From assembly GCF_009914755.1 (NCBI RefSeq), contig NC_060947.1: a stretch of 64,000 nt of DNA; one strand, given 5' to 3'. Source of the DNA: the human T2T-CHM13v2.0 reference genome, Homo sapiens. Under the pieces are notes generated by a model that saw only the letters and a list, made by a program, of their open reading frames with translations, ran no database searches and was not told where the DNA came from. A program made the translations under genes and the position numbers. Below, piece by piece: positions 41,245 through 59,699 of this stretch (positions are counted from its first letter, which is position 1; each line of letters begins with the position of its first letter).

Positions 41245-42328
41245 TTAAAAACTTAAGATATAATCCACATACTATAAAATTTACCATTTTAAAGCATTCA
41301 GTGGTTTTTACTATATTCATAGTATGTGCAACCACCACCACTAATTCCAGAACACTTTCATCACCCCAATAAGAAACCCCATACTGACCAGCAATCACTA
41401 CCTGTTCCCATCTCTTTCCCCAGTCCTAGGCAATCATTAATCTGCTTTCTGTTTTCATGGATTTGCTTACTCATTTAATATAAATGGAGTCTTACAATAT
41501 GTATTTTTTTGTGTCTGGCTTCTTTCACTTAACACAATGTGTTCAAGGTTCATCCATTGTAGCATGTAACAGCCCTTCATTCATTTTTATGGCTGAACAA
41601 TATTCCATTGCATAGATATATAATATATTGTGTATCCACTCATCAGCTGATGGACAATTGAGTTGTTTTCACTATTTTGACTATTATGAACAATGCTGCT
41701 ATGAATGTTGTATACAAATTTTTGTGTGGAGATATGTTTTAATTTCTCCTGGAATTGCCAGTTCATATACTTCTATGTTTAACTTTTTGAGGAACTGCCA
41801 AATTGTTTTCAAAGTGACTGCATCATTTTATATTCCCACCAGAAATTTATGAAGGTTCTAGTTTTCCAGTTTATACACATCCTCACAATAACAATAACAA
41901 TTGTTATTGTTTGTCTTTTTGATTATAGCAATCCTAGTGGGTGGGAAGTAGTATCTCTTTGTGGTTTTGATTAGCAGTTCCCTGTGACTAAAGATCTTGA
42001 GCACCCTTTCATGTGCTTATTGGTCATTTGTATACTTCTTTGGAGAATCATTTATTCAGATTACTTGCCTGTTTTTAAATTGGATTACCTGCCTATTTAT
42101 TGTGGGGTTATTAGAGGTCCTTCATATATTCTGGACATAGTCCCTTATCAGATATGTAATTTGCAAATATTTTCTCCCATTATCTGGGTTGTTTTTTTTC
42201 ATTGTCTTAATGATGTCCTTTAAAACAGAAAAGTTTTTAATTTTGATAAAGTCCAATTTATTCATTTTGCATTGTTGCTTGTGCTTTGGTGTCATGTCTA
42301 AGAAACCATTGTCAAACTCAAGGTCACA
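41245..42328 (-). mobile_element. L1MB 3' end
   Basis: L1MB-type 3' UTR (ataaaatttaccattttaaag...tgtgcaaccaccaccactaattccagaac) and the ORF2 end. Confidence 0.8.
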
Positions 42329-42527
42329 AAGTGGCACGATGTCAGCTCACTGCAGCCTTGACCTCTCAGCATAAGCAGTCCTCCCTTCGCAGCCTCCCGA
42401 GTACCTGGGACCACAGACATGTGCCACTGCAAGACCCAGGCTGGTCTTGACCTCCTGGGCTCAAGTAATCCTCCTGCCTTGGCATCCCAAAATGCTGGGA
42501 TTACAGGTGTGAGCCACTGCACCTGGC
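42329..42527 (-). mobile_element. Partial AluJ
   Basis: Lacks the tail and middle linker. Confidence 0.8.
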
Positions 42528-44988
42528 CTACATGCTTATTCTTACGCTAGTAACACACCGTCTTGATAGCTTTGTAGTTAGTTTTATTTTTCTTTTTAGT
42601 AATACATCATCTTATATTTGAGAAAATAGAAGAATGTAAACTTGTAAGGCCTTGATGATATTATGCTATTTTTATAAGATTATCATTGAATTGCTTAAAT
42701 ATAGTACGTATGAATTTTGGCAAGATTATTCACTCCTTAAAATGGAATAAATGCAACATAGTTTAGATTGCCTTGCAAATCAGCAAACAGATTATGGCAG
42801 TATTTGTCTGTGGTGGACAGGGCTTCATAGCTCTAGGTATTCAAGGGTGCATGGAGATAGGAATGACTCAGTTCTCTTGCACTCTGTCCTGTGTTACAGC
42901 TCTCTTATGAAAATGCCCATCCTAATTTTATCCACTCATTAAATTCTCTGCTCCTACTCCTGTGTTGTGGATCTCTGCTAAGCAAGCCCTTAAGTAGGCA
43001 GGTTGTTGTGTTTACAAATTCAGTCTCTAACCTCAGGGCCTTCATGGAGTCCGAAGCATCAGTTCCTTCTTCCATGCTTCACTTTTACCTCTGTCTTTAT
43101 ATTTTATTTTTATTTTTTATAGGTATATAGTATGTGTATATATTTATGGGATACATGAGATGTTTTGATACAGGTATGCAATGTGAAATAAGCACATTAT
43201 GGGGAATGAGATATCCATCCCTGTAGGCATTTATCATTTGATTTACAAACAATTCAATTTATTTAAAAATGTACAATTAAGTTATTATTGACTATAGTCA
43301 CCCTATTGTATTATCAAATAGTAGGTTTTATTTATTCTTTCTAACTTTTTTTTGGTAGCTGTTAACCATCCACTCCTCCCCCACAGCCCCCTACTATCCT
43401 TCCCAGACTCTGATAACTAGCCTTCTACTCTTTATGTCCATGAGGCAAATTGTTTTGATTTTTAGTCCCACAAATAAGTGAGAACATGCAATGTTTGTCT
43501 TTCTGTGCCTGGCTTATTTAACTTAACATAATGATCTCCAGTTCCATCCTATGTTGTTGCAAAAGACAGGGTCTCATTCTTTTTTATGGCTGAATGGTAC
43601 TCCATTGTGTATATGTACTTGTACCACATATTCTTTATTCACTCATCTGTTGATGGACATTTAGGTTGCTTCCAAATCTTAGTTATTGTAAACAATGTGC
43701 AACAAACATAGGAGAGCAGGTATCTCTTCAATACACTGATTTCTTTTCTTTTGGGTATACACCCAGCAGTGGGATTGCTGGACCATATGGCAGCTCTATT
43801 TTTAGTTTTTTTGAAGAACCTCTAAACTGTTCTCCATAGTGGTTGTGTTGATTTACATTCTCATCAACACTATATGAGGCTTTCCTTTTCTCCACATCCT
43901 CGCCAGCATTTGTTATTGCCTGTCTTTTAGATATAATTCATTTTAACTGAGGTGAGATGATAGCTCATTGTAGTTTTAATTTGCATTTCTCTGATGATCA
44001 GTGATGTTGAACACCTTTTCATATGATCGTTTGCCATTTGTATGTTTTCTTTTGAGAAATGTCTATTTAAATCTTTTGTCCATTTTTTTGGTCAGATTAT
44101 TGGACTTTTTCCTATAGAGTTGATTGAGCACCTTATATTTTCTGGTTGTCAATCCGTTGTCAGATGGGTAGTCTGCAATATTTTCTCCCCTTCGGTGGGT
44201 TGTCTCTTCCCTTTGTTGATTGTATCCTTTGCTGTTTAGAAACTTTTTAACTTGATGCGATTCCATGTGTCCATTTTTGCTTTAGTTGTCTATGCTTGTG
44301 GGGTATTGCTCAAGAAATCTTTGCCCGGACAAATGTCCCGGAGATTTCCCCAATGTTTTCTTGTAGTAGTTTCATAGTTTGAGGTCTTAGATTTAACCAC
44401 TCAATCAGTTTTGATTTGATTTTTGTATATGATGATAGATAGTGGTCTAGTTTCATTCTTTTGCACATGGATGTCCAGTTTTCCCAGCACTATTTATTGA
44501 AGAGACTGTATGTTCCCCAGTGTATGTTCTTGACACCTTTGTCAAAAATGAATTTACTATAGGTATGTGGATACGTCTCTGGGTTCTCTATTCTGTTCCA
44601 TTGGTCTATGTGCCTGTTTTTATGCCAGTCCCATGTTGTTTTGGTGACTATAGCTCTGAACTATAATTTGAAATCAGGTAATGTGATTCCTGTAGTTTTG
44701 TTCTTTTGCTTAGGATAGCTTTGGCTATTCAGGGTCTTTTGTGGTCCCATATAAATTTTAGAATTGTTTTCTCTATTTCTGTGAAGAATGTCATTGGTAT
44801 TTTGATAGGGATTGCATTGAATTTGTAAATTGCTTTGGATAGTATGAACATTTTAGCAATATTGATTCTTCCAATCCAGGAACATGGGATATTTTTTCAT
44901 TTTTTATGTCCTTGTCAATTTCTTTCATGAGTGTTTTATAGATTTTATTATAGAGATCTTTCATTTTTTTGCTTCAGTTAATTTCTAG

Positions 44989-45626
<638 letters not shown>

Positions 45627-46472
45627 GGGATTACTTTTTTTTAATTTCTTTTTCAGATTGTTTGCTGTTGTCATATAGAAATGCTACTGATTTTTGTATG
45701 TTGATTTTGTGTCCTGCAACTTTACTAAATTTTTAAAACAGTTCTAATAGTGTTCTGGTGAAGTCTTTAGGCTTTTCCAAATATAAGATCATATCATCAG
45801 CAAACAAGGATACTTTGAATTCTTGCTTTCCAATTTGGATGCTCTTTAAATTTTTCTCTTGTCTAATTGCTCTCGCTAGGAATTCCAGTAGTATGTTGAA
45901 TAACAGTGGTCAACATGGCCATCCTTGTCATGTTCCAGATCTTAGAGGAAAGCCTTTCAATTTCCCCCCATTCAATATGATACTATCTATCCATGTGGCA
46001 TATGTGGCTTTTATTATGTTGAGGCATGTTCCTCCTATACCCTGATTTTTGAGGTTATTTTTTCTAAAGGGATGTTGAATTCTATCAAATGGTTTTTCAG
46101 CATCAATTGAAATAATCATATAGTTTTTGTCCTTCATTCTGTTGATATGATGTATCACAGTGTTTGATTTGTATATATTGAAGCATCCTTGCATCCCAGT
46201 GATAAATCCTTCTTGATCATGATGAATGATCTTTTTAATGCTTTGTTGAATTTGGTCTGCTAGTATTTTGTTGAGGATTTTTGCATCAATATTAATCAGA
46301 GAATATGTATTGGCCTATAGATTTTTATTTTAAATGTGTCTGTTTGGTTTTGGTATCAGGGTAATACTGGCCTCATAGAATAAGTTTGGAGGTATTCCCC
46401 TTTATATTTTTTGGAATAGTTTGAGTAGGACTGGCATTAGTTCTTTAAATGTTTGGTAAAATTCATCAGTAA

Positions 46473-47140
<668 letters not shown>

Positions 47141-47423
47141 CTTTATTATAGCTTTGATCTCGTTATTTGTTATTGGTCCTTTCAGGTTTTGGATTTCTTC
47201 ATGGTTCAATCTTGGTAGTCTTTATGTGTCTAGGGCTTTGTCCATTTCTTCTAGATTTTCTAATTTATTGGCATACAGTTGCTCATAGTAGCCACCAAAG
47301 ATTCTTTGAATTTCTGCAGTATCAGTTGTCATGTCTCCTTTTTCATCTCTGATTTTATTTATTTGGGTCTTCTCTCTTGGGTAGTTAGTCTGGCTAAATG
47401 TTTGTCAATTTAGTTTACCTTTT

Positions 47424-47633
47424 TTTCTCTCCATAATATGCCTTCATATATATATATGTATATATATATTTTACTTTAAGTTGTGAGATACATGTGCAGA
47501 ACATGCAGGTTTGTTACACAGGTATACATGTGCCATGGTGATTTGGTGCACCTATCAATCTATCACCTAGGTTTTAAGCCCCGCATGCATTAGTTATTTG
47601 TCCTGATGCTCTCCCTCTCCTCGCCCCCCACCC
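47424..47633 (-). mobile_element. Short 5'-truncated L1PA (PA8-PA10-like) 3' end
   Basis: L1PA 3' UTR. TSD agtttacctttt at 47412-47423 and 47634-47645. Confidence 0.88.
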
Positions 47634-50600
47634 AGTTTACCTTTTCAAAAAAACCAACTTTTTGTTTCATTGATCTTTTGTGTTATTTTCTTCATTTCAA
47701 TGTCTTCTATTTCTGCTCTGATCTTTATTATTACTTTTCCTTCTACTAATATCAGGTTTGGTTTGCTCTTGCCTTTCTAGCTCTTTAAGATGCATCATTC
47801 AATTGTTTATTTGAAGTTTTTCCTCTTTTTTGATGTAGGTACTTATTAGGTATAAATTTCTCTCTTAGTACTGCTTTTGCTGTATCCCATCGGTTTTGAT
47901 ATGTGTGTTTCATTATTTGTTTCAAGAAATTTTCAATTTCCTTCTTAATTTCCTCACTGACCCACTGGTCTTTCAGGAGCATATTTAATTTCTATATAAT
48001 TATATGGTTTCCAAAATTCCTTTTGTTATTAATTTCTAGTTGTATTCCATTGTAGTTAGAGAAGATGCTTGATATTATTTCAATTTTTTTAAATGTTTTA
48101 AGACTTGTTTTGTGACTTAACATATGGTCTATTCTTGAGAATGAACCATGTGCTGAGAAGAATGTATATTCTACAGCTTTTGGATGAAATGTTCTGTAAA
48201 TATCTATAGATTCATTTGGTCTGTAGTGCAGATTACATCCAATGATTCTTTGTTGATATTCTGCCTAACAGATCTGTCCAATGCTGAAAGTGGAATGCTG
48301 AAACCTTCAGCTATTATTGTATTGGAGTCCATCTGTCTCTTTAGCTCTAATGATACTTCCTATATATATCTGGGTACTCCATTGTTGGGTGCATATATAT
48401 TTATAATTCTTATATCTTCTTGCTGAATTGACCCCTTTACCACTATATAGTGACCTTCTTTGTCTCTTTATACTTTTGTCTTGAAATCTGTTTTGTCTCG
48501 TATAAGCATAGTGACTCCTGCTCTTTTTTGGTTTTCATTGGCATGGAATATCTTTTTCCAACCCTTTATTTTCAATCTATGAGTGCCTTTATAGGTGAAG
48601 TGTGTTTCTTATAGGCAACAGATCGATTGTATTTTTTTAAAATATCCATTCAGCCACTCTATGTATTTTGATTGGAGAGTTTAGTCCATTTATATTCAAT
48701 GTTACTATTGATAACTAAGGACTTACTCTTACCATTTTGTTATTTGTTTTCTGGTTGTTTAATGGTCTACTCTTCCTTCTTTCTCTCCTTTCTCTTTTCC
48801 TTTTAGTGAAGGTGATTTTCTTTGATGGTATGTTTTAATTGTTTGCTTTTAATTTTTTGTGTATCCTTTATATATATTTTGCTTGAGGTTACCATAAGTC
48901 TTGCAAATATTCTCTTATAATCCATTATTTTAAGCTGATAACAACTTAATGCTGTTTGCATAAACAAACAGAAAACGAATAAAAACTCTACAGTTTGACT
49001 TCATCCTCCCACTTTTTAACTTTTTGTTGTTTCTATTTATATCTTATTGTACTCTCTGTGTCTTGAAAAGTTGTCGTAGTTATAATTTTTGACTGGTTCT
49101 TCATTTATTTTTACTTAGGATAAGAGTAATTTATACATCGCAGTTAGAATGTTATAATAGTCTCTGTTTTTCTGTGTACTTACTACTACCAGTGAGTTTT
49201 TTTACCTTCAGATGATTATTCATTTTTTCTTAATGTTTTTTCTTTCTGATTTACTCCCTTTAGCATTTCTTGTAGGGCAGGTCTGGTTTGACAAAATCCC
49301 TCAACTTCTGCTTGTCTGGGAAAACCTTTATTCTTCATGTTTGAAGGACATTTTCACTGGATATATGATTTTACGGTAAAAGTGTCTTTCCTTCAGGACT
49401 TTAAATATGTCACGCCACTTTCTCCTGGCCTGTAAGGTTCTCACTGAAAAGTCTGCTGCCAGATGTTTTTTGGTTTCCCTGTATGTTATTTGTTTCTTCT
49501 CTCTTGCTACTCTCAGGATCCTTTCTTTATCCTTGACTTTTGGGAATTTGATTATTCAATGCCTTGAGGTAATGTTCTTTTGGTTAAATCTGCTTCGTTT
49601 TCCATAATACTCTTGTGCATGGGTATTGACATCTTTCTCTATATTTGGAAAGTTTTCTGCTTTATCCCTTTGAATAAACTTTCTACTTGTATCTCTTTCT
49701 CTACTTTTTCTTTAAGGCCAATAACTCTTAGATTTGCCCTTTTATGGCTATTTTCAGAATCTTGTAGGCATGCTTCGTTTCTTTTTTTTTTTAGTTTTAT
49801 CTCCTCTGATGTGTATTTTCAAATAGCTTGCCTTCAAGTTCACTCATTCTTTCTTCCGTTTGATCAGTTCTTCTGTTGAGAGACTCTTATGGATTCTTCA
49901 GTATGCAAATGGCATTTTTCTTTTTTATTCTTCTTTATTCTTTTATTTTAAGCTCCGGGGTACATGTGCCGGATGTGCAGGTTGGTTACATAGGTAAATG
50001 TGTGCCATGGTGGTTTGCTGCACACAAATCAACTCATAACCCAGGTATGAAGTCCAGCATCCATTAGCTATTCTTCCTGATGCTCTCCCTGCCCCTCCTC
50101 CCCCGACTGGCTCCAGTGTGTGTTGTTCCCTCTCATGTGCCCATGTGTTCTCATCATTCAGCTCCCAGTTATAAATGAGAACATGCAGTGTTTGGTTTTC
50201 TGTTCCTGCATTAGTTTGCTAAGGATAATGGCTTCCAGTTCCATCCATGTCGCTGCAAAGGATATGATCTCATTCCTTTTTATGGCTGCATAGTATTCCA
50301 TTGTGTATATGTACTGCATTGTCTTTATCCAGCCTACCATTGACTGGATTGGTTCTGTGTCTTTGCTATTGTGAATAGTGCTACAATGCATGTATCTTTA
50401 TAATATAATGATTTGCATTCCTTTGGGTACATACCCAGTAATGGGAATGCTGGGTCAAATGGTATTATATTTCTGCCTCCAGGTCTGAGGAATTGCCACA
50501 CTGTCTTCCACAATGGTTGAACTAACTTACACTCCCACCAACAGTGTAAATGCATTCCTTTTTCTCCACAACTTTGCCAGCATTTGTTGCTTCTTGACTT

Positions 50601-50729
50601 TTTAATAATCGTCATTCTGACTGGAATGAGATGGTATCTCATTGTGGTTTCAATTTGCATTTCTCTAATGTTCAGTGATGCTGAGCTTTTTTACATATGT
50701 TTGTTTGCCACATGAATGTCTTCTTTTGA

Positions 50730-51075
<346 letters not shown>

Positions 51076-51812
51076 TAATGGGGTTGTTTGTTTGTTTTCT
51101 TCTAAATTTATTTAAGTTCCTTGTAGGCTCTGGATATTAGACCTTTTTGCAGATAGATAGATTGCAAAAGTTTTCTCCCATTCTGTAGGTTGTTTGTTCA
51201 CTCTGATGATAGTTTCTTTTGCAGTTGAGAAGTTCTTAAGTTTAATTACATCCCACTGGTCAATTTTTGCTTTTGTTGTGATTGCTTCTTGGTGTCTTTG
51301 TCATGAAATCTTTGCCTATTCCTCTGTCCTGAATGGTATTGCATAAATTTTCTTCTAGGGATTTCATAGTTTTGGGTTTTACATTTAAGTCTTTAATCCA
51401 TCTTGAGTTAATTTTTGTATAAGGTGTAAGGAAGGGGTCCAGTTTCAATTTTCTGCACATGGCTAGCCAGTTCTCCCAGCACCATTTATTAAATAGGAAA
51501 TCCTTTCCTCATTGCTTGTTTTTGTCAGGTTTGTTGAAGATCATATGGTTGTAGGTGTGTGGTCTTATTTCTAAGTTATCTATTCTGTTCCATTGGTCTA
51601 TGTGTCTGTTTTTGTATCAGTAACATGCTGTTTTAGTTGCTGTGGCCTTATAGTGTAGTTTGAAGTCAGGTAGCGTGATGCCTCCAGCTTTGTTTTTTTG
51701 CTTAGGATTGTCTTGGCTATATGGGTTCCTTCTTGATCCCATATGAATTTCAAAATAGTTTCTTCCAGTTCTGTGAAGAATGTCAATGGTAGTTTAATGG
51801 GAATAGCATTGA

Positions 51813-52293
<481 letters not shown>

Positions 52294-52354
52294 TAACTGT
52301 ATTCCTAGGTATTTTATTCTTTTGTAGCAATTGCGAACGGGAGTTCATTCATAA

Positions 52355-52717
<363 letters not shown>

Positions 52718-54850
52718 TGCACATTGATTTTGTATCCTGAGACTTTGCTGAAGTTGCTTATCAGCTTAAGAAGCTTTTGGGCTGTGATGATAGGGTTTTC
52801 TAGATATAGGATCATGTCATCTGCAAACAGAGATAATTTGACTTCCTCTCTAACTATTGGAATACCCTTTATTTCTTTCTCTTGCCTGATTGCCCTGACC
52901 AGAACTTCCAACTCAATGTTGAACAGGAGTGGCAAAAGAGGGCATCCTTGTCTTGCGCTTGTTTTTAAGTGGAATGCTTCCAGCTTTTCCCGATTCAGTA
53001 CGATATTGGCTGTGGGTTTGCCATATATGGCTCTTATTACTTTGAGGCATGTTCCTTCAATACCTAGTTTATTGAGAGTTTTTAACATAAAGGGATGTTA
53101 CATTTTATCAAAGGCCTTTTCTGTATCTCTTGAGATAATCATGTGTTTTTTTGTCTTTAGTTCTGTTTCTGTAATCAATTATGTTTATTGATTTGCATAT
53201 GTTGAACCACTTCCTGGTATGAAGGCAACTTGACCATGGTGGGTAAGTTTTTTGATGTGCTGCTGGATTTAGTTTGCCAGTATTTTATTGGGGATTTTTG
53301 CATCAATGTTCATCAGGGATATTGGCCTGAAGTTTTCTTTTTTTTTTTTGTCGTATCTCTGCCAGGTGTTGGTATCAAAATTATGCTGTTCTTTTTGTGT
53401 GGATTCTTTCTCATCTTTGTGGGCTTATCTACCTTTGATCTTTGAGGTTGCTGACCTTTGAATGTGGTTTTTGTGGGGTCTTTTTGTTATTGTTGTTGTT
53501 GTTGCTTTCTTTTCATCCGCTTGTCTGTTTGTTTCAATAGTCAAGCCAGTCTTCTGTAGGGCTGCCGTGGTTTGCTGGGGGTCCACTCCAGACCCTAGTT
53601 GTCTCTGTCCCTCTCACACTTGGAGGTATCACCAGTAAACGCTGCAAAACAGCAAAGATGGCAGCCTACTCCTTCCTCTGCGAGCTCTGTCCCAGGCAGG
53701 TACCGACCTGATACCAGCCAGAATGTTCCTATAGGAAGTGTCTGGAGACCCCTGTTGGGATGTCTCACCCAGTCAGGAGGAATAGGATCAGGGACCCATT
53801 TAAAGAAGCAGTCTGGCTGCCCTTTGGCAGAGCAGGAGTGGTGCACTGACTGCCTGGCTCTCTAGAACCAGCAGCCTGGAATGACTAAGTCGACTGAACC
53901 ACAAAGACGGTGGCTGACCCTCCCCCTGAGGACTCCGTTCCAGGGTGATATTGGAATTCCTTCTGTATAAACCTTGGCTGCAGTTGCTGAAATTCCCGTG
54001 GAGAGGCCCCACCCAGTGAGAAGGGCTGATGGGGTCCCACTTAAAGAGCAGACTGGCCACGATCAGGCACAACAGCTGTGCTGTGTTGTGGGGAGTTCCT
54101 CCTGGTCCCCAGTGACAGCAGGGCTAGAGAGGCAGACTGCAACAGCATATATGGTGGCTGCCCCTCCTCCTGGGAACACAGTCCATCTCAGGCCATCTCC
54201 AGCCTGCTGCCACTGGGCAGCTGGAATTCCAAGCCAGTGAGTCTTAACTTGTGAGGTGCTGTGGGAGTGGGGCCCACAGAATGACACCACTTGGCTCCCT
54301 TGATTCCGCCCCCTTCCCAGGGGAATGCATAGGATATCCTGCCTTGCTGGAATTCCTGGGGCTGCAGTATGCAAAACTCCTAGGTTTCCAGTGTGCCCAA
54401 GCCAGCAAGCGAGTGGCCTCTCCAGACACTCCACACAGCTTTGTGTTTTGGACCCAAGACCTGGTGACATGGGCCCATGAGGGGATTTCTTGATCTGCAG
54501 GTTGCAGATCAATTTTCTGTAGGAAAAGTGTGGTTTCCTGGGCAGGGTCTTGCAATCACTCATCACCTCCCTTGGTTGGGGGTGGGGACTCCCTTGGTTC
54601 CATGCCGCTCCTGAGTGGGCTGTCACCCCACTTGGCTTTTCCTCAATCTCCTTGGGTGGTGCCTAATGCCTAGTCAGTCCTAATGTGAGAACCTGGATAC
54701 CTCAGCACTTGCCGTTTTCATTGCTCTCTGTGAGTTGTGGATTGCAGCTGCTTCTAATCAGCCATCTTGGACCCTACCCCCACCAATATTGCCTTTTTCA
54801 AGTATAGAATTTATCTTTGATTCTTTTTAGTTATTTCGATCTCTTTGTGA

Positions 54851-55242
<392 letters not shown>

Positions 55243-56608
55243 TGAAAGGTCATATATGTTTCTCCAGGATTGGTCACTGGAACCTTGCTCAGTTTATTCA
55301 GTTGTGTCATGTTTTTCTTGATGGTCTTAATACTTGTAGATGTTCATCTCTGTCCAGGTATTGAAGATTTAGGTATTTATTGTAGTTTTTACAGTCTGCG
55401 TTTGTTTGTACCCATCCTTCTTGGAAAGGCTTTCCAGATATTTGAAATGACTTGGATGTTGTGATCTAAGCTCTATCTGCTTTAGGGGGCACCCCAAACC
55501 AAATAACTCTGTGGTTCCTGCAGCCTCGTGAAGGTACCACCTTTGATGGTCTTGAACAAGAGCTGGAAGAATCCTCTGGATTACCAGGCAGACCCTCTTG
55601 TTCTCTTCTTTTACTTTCTCCCCAATAAATAGAGTCTGTTTGTGTGCTGAGCCACCTGAAGCTAGGGGTATTATGACACTAGCACTCCCGTGGTCACCAC
55701 CACTATGACTGTGCTGGGTCAGACTTGAAGCCAGCACAGCACTGGGTTTCACCCAAGGCCCACCTTAACCACTCCCTGGCTACTTCCTATGTTTGTTTAA
55801 GGTCCCGGGGCTCTACAATCAGCAGGTGGCAAAGCCAGCTAGTGTTGTGTCCTTTATTTCAGGATGGTAATTTTTCCCAGGCTCTGGGTTGGTCCAGAAG
55901 TGCCATCCAAGAGCCAAGGACTAGATTTAAAAACTGTACCTGAGCTTGCACTTAGATTATGAGACAGGGTCTTTCCCAGTCTTCTCTCCCCTTTCCAAAG
56001 GCAGAGGAGTCTCATCCGATATCCTCTGCCATCATAGGCTCATGAGGAGGACTGCCAGTCTACAACCGATGTTCCCTTAAGGCCCAAGGCTCTCTAGTCA
56101 GCTTGTGGTGAAAGCTGCCTGGCCTGGGACTCAACCTCCAGGGCAGTGTGCTTCCCTCTGGCGCAGGGAAGATTTAAAAATGCCGTCCAAGAGTCAGGTG
56201 CTGGAACTGGGGACCCTAAGAACCCGCCTGGTGCTCTTTCTCCCGGTGGCTGTGCTGGTACCTAAGGTGCAAGACAAAGTCCCTTTTACTTCTCATTCTG
56301 CTTTTCTTAAGTAGAAGAAACCTTGCCCCATAGCCACCACAGCTGGGAATGTGCTGAGTCTCACCTGAAGCCAGAAAGTCTCAGTGTCTTGGCCAAAGCC
56401 CTCAACATAGTACCTGAGTATTGCTGATGGTTATTAGTGCCCAAGAGCTCTTTGGTTAGCAGGTGATGAATGCTGCCAGGCAGTGGGCTTCCTTCTGGCC
56501 AAGGGTATATCTATAAATCTGAGAGCAAGGTCCTGGAAAGAGGGCCTCATGTTTCTGACTGGTGCCCTATCCTGCTGTGGCTGAACTGATATCCAAGATG
56601 TAAGACAA

Positions 56609-57057
56609 TGTTGGGGTCATCAGACCCAACACCAGGTCGTGGTGGTGACAAAGTCCGGCGGAGTCAAAGGATTGAGAAAAAGAGGGTGACAAAGTCCGGC
56701 GGAGTCAAAGGATTGAGAAAAAGACAGTTTGAGAGAGAAAGGTGGGACATCAGAGGGCTATCGCTATTGTTGAGGCTGCGAAGGCCCCAAGCTCCGGGAG
56801 CCCACAGTATTTATTGGTGATCCAACAAAGAAACAGGTGGTGAGAATGTGGAGGTCAAAAGAGCACGTTGCATTAAGCACATGATTTATAGCTGTGATGT
56901 TTAGCATTTATAAGGAACATGTTCTGCTACTTGAAATAATGGGAATAGGAGCCTAGGAGGGCTGGAAGCAAGGAGCCAGCAAGTCTAGACACGTTCCAGA
57001 GGCCATTAGGCAAGCCCTGCCTCAGTTTCCCTCCCAACACTCAGCTTTTTCCCAACA
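56609..57057 (-). mobile_element. Solo LTR, LTR3 family (HERV-K HML-6)
   Basis: Inverted termini TGTTGGG...CCCAACA and a perfect 6-bp TSD agacaa (56603-56608, 57058-57063), the length typical of betaretrovirus-like elements. AATAAA on the minus strand (~56810). Minus start TGTTGGGAAAAAGCTGAGTGTTGGGAG recalled as LTR3. Confidence 0.85.
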
Positions 57058-57606
57058 AGACAATGTCCTTTACACTCTTTCCTCTCCTCTCTTCAAGTGG
57101 AAGGAAGTGGTCTCTTTTCAAGCTGTGAACTGTGCAGCCTGGTTTTAGGGGAGGGGTGATGCCAGTACTTCCTTAGTAATCCCAGCTTGTATCTCAGTAG
57201 GTCATGTACCCCCAACCCGCAGCCCCAGTCTACTGGCTCTGGGTCTACTACAGCACTAGGACTCACCTAAAAGTTGCAGTCCTTGTGGCCTAGACTGCCT
57301 TTCACGTTTATTTACAGCCCCAGAGCACTTTCGCCTGCAATAGTGATACTTGCGGGAACTCAAGTTCTGACTGCTAGGATCAGCAATTCCCCTATAGCCT
57401 GAGCTGGTTTAAATTCTCTCTCCATAGGCTGGCATCAGCTGAGTTTGGTCTGGTTTTCCTTTCTACTATAAGAGGGCAGCACTGAGTTCAATGCCTCACA
57501 ATTACTGGCTCTCCCTCTCCCCAGCATACAGAAATACTCTGTGCACCATGCCACTGCTGCTGGAGGATGTGGGAGGGGTAGCATCAGCTATTTAAGACTG
57601 TTTTTA

Positions 57607-59496
<1,890 letters not shown>

Positions 59497-59699
59497 AAGA
59501 CTGTTTTTACTACCTCTTTAGTGGCTGTTTCAGTAATACAAAGTTCAAACTACGTACTGTGAGTAACTGCCTGATTTTTGGTTATTATAAAGGTGCTTTT
59601 TAATGTAGATAATTGTTAAATTGGTGTCCTTGGTGGGGTGGGGGACAATCATTGGAGACTTCTATTCCACCTTCTTGCTCTGCTTTCAATCCTAGTTGC

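Noticed and set aside
53595-54626. GC-richer stretch with ORFs up to 187 aa that looks like a second promoter or gene
   Set aside because: It is the CpG-depleted 5' UTR of the old L1PA element.
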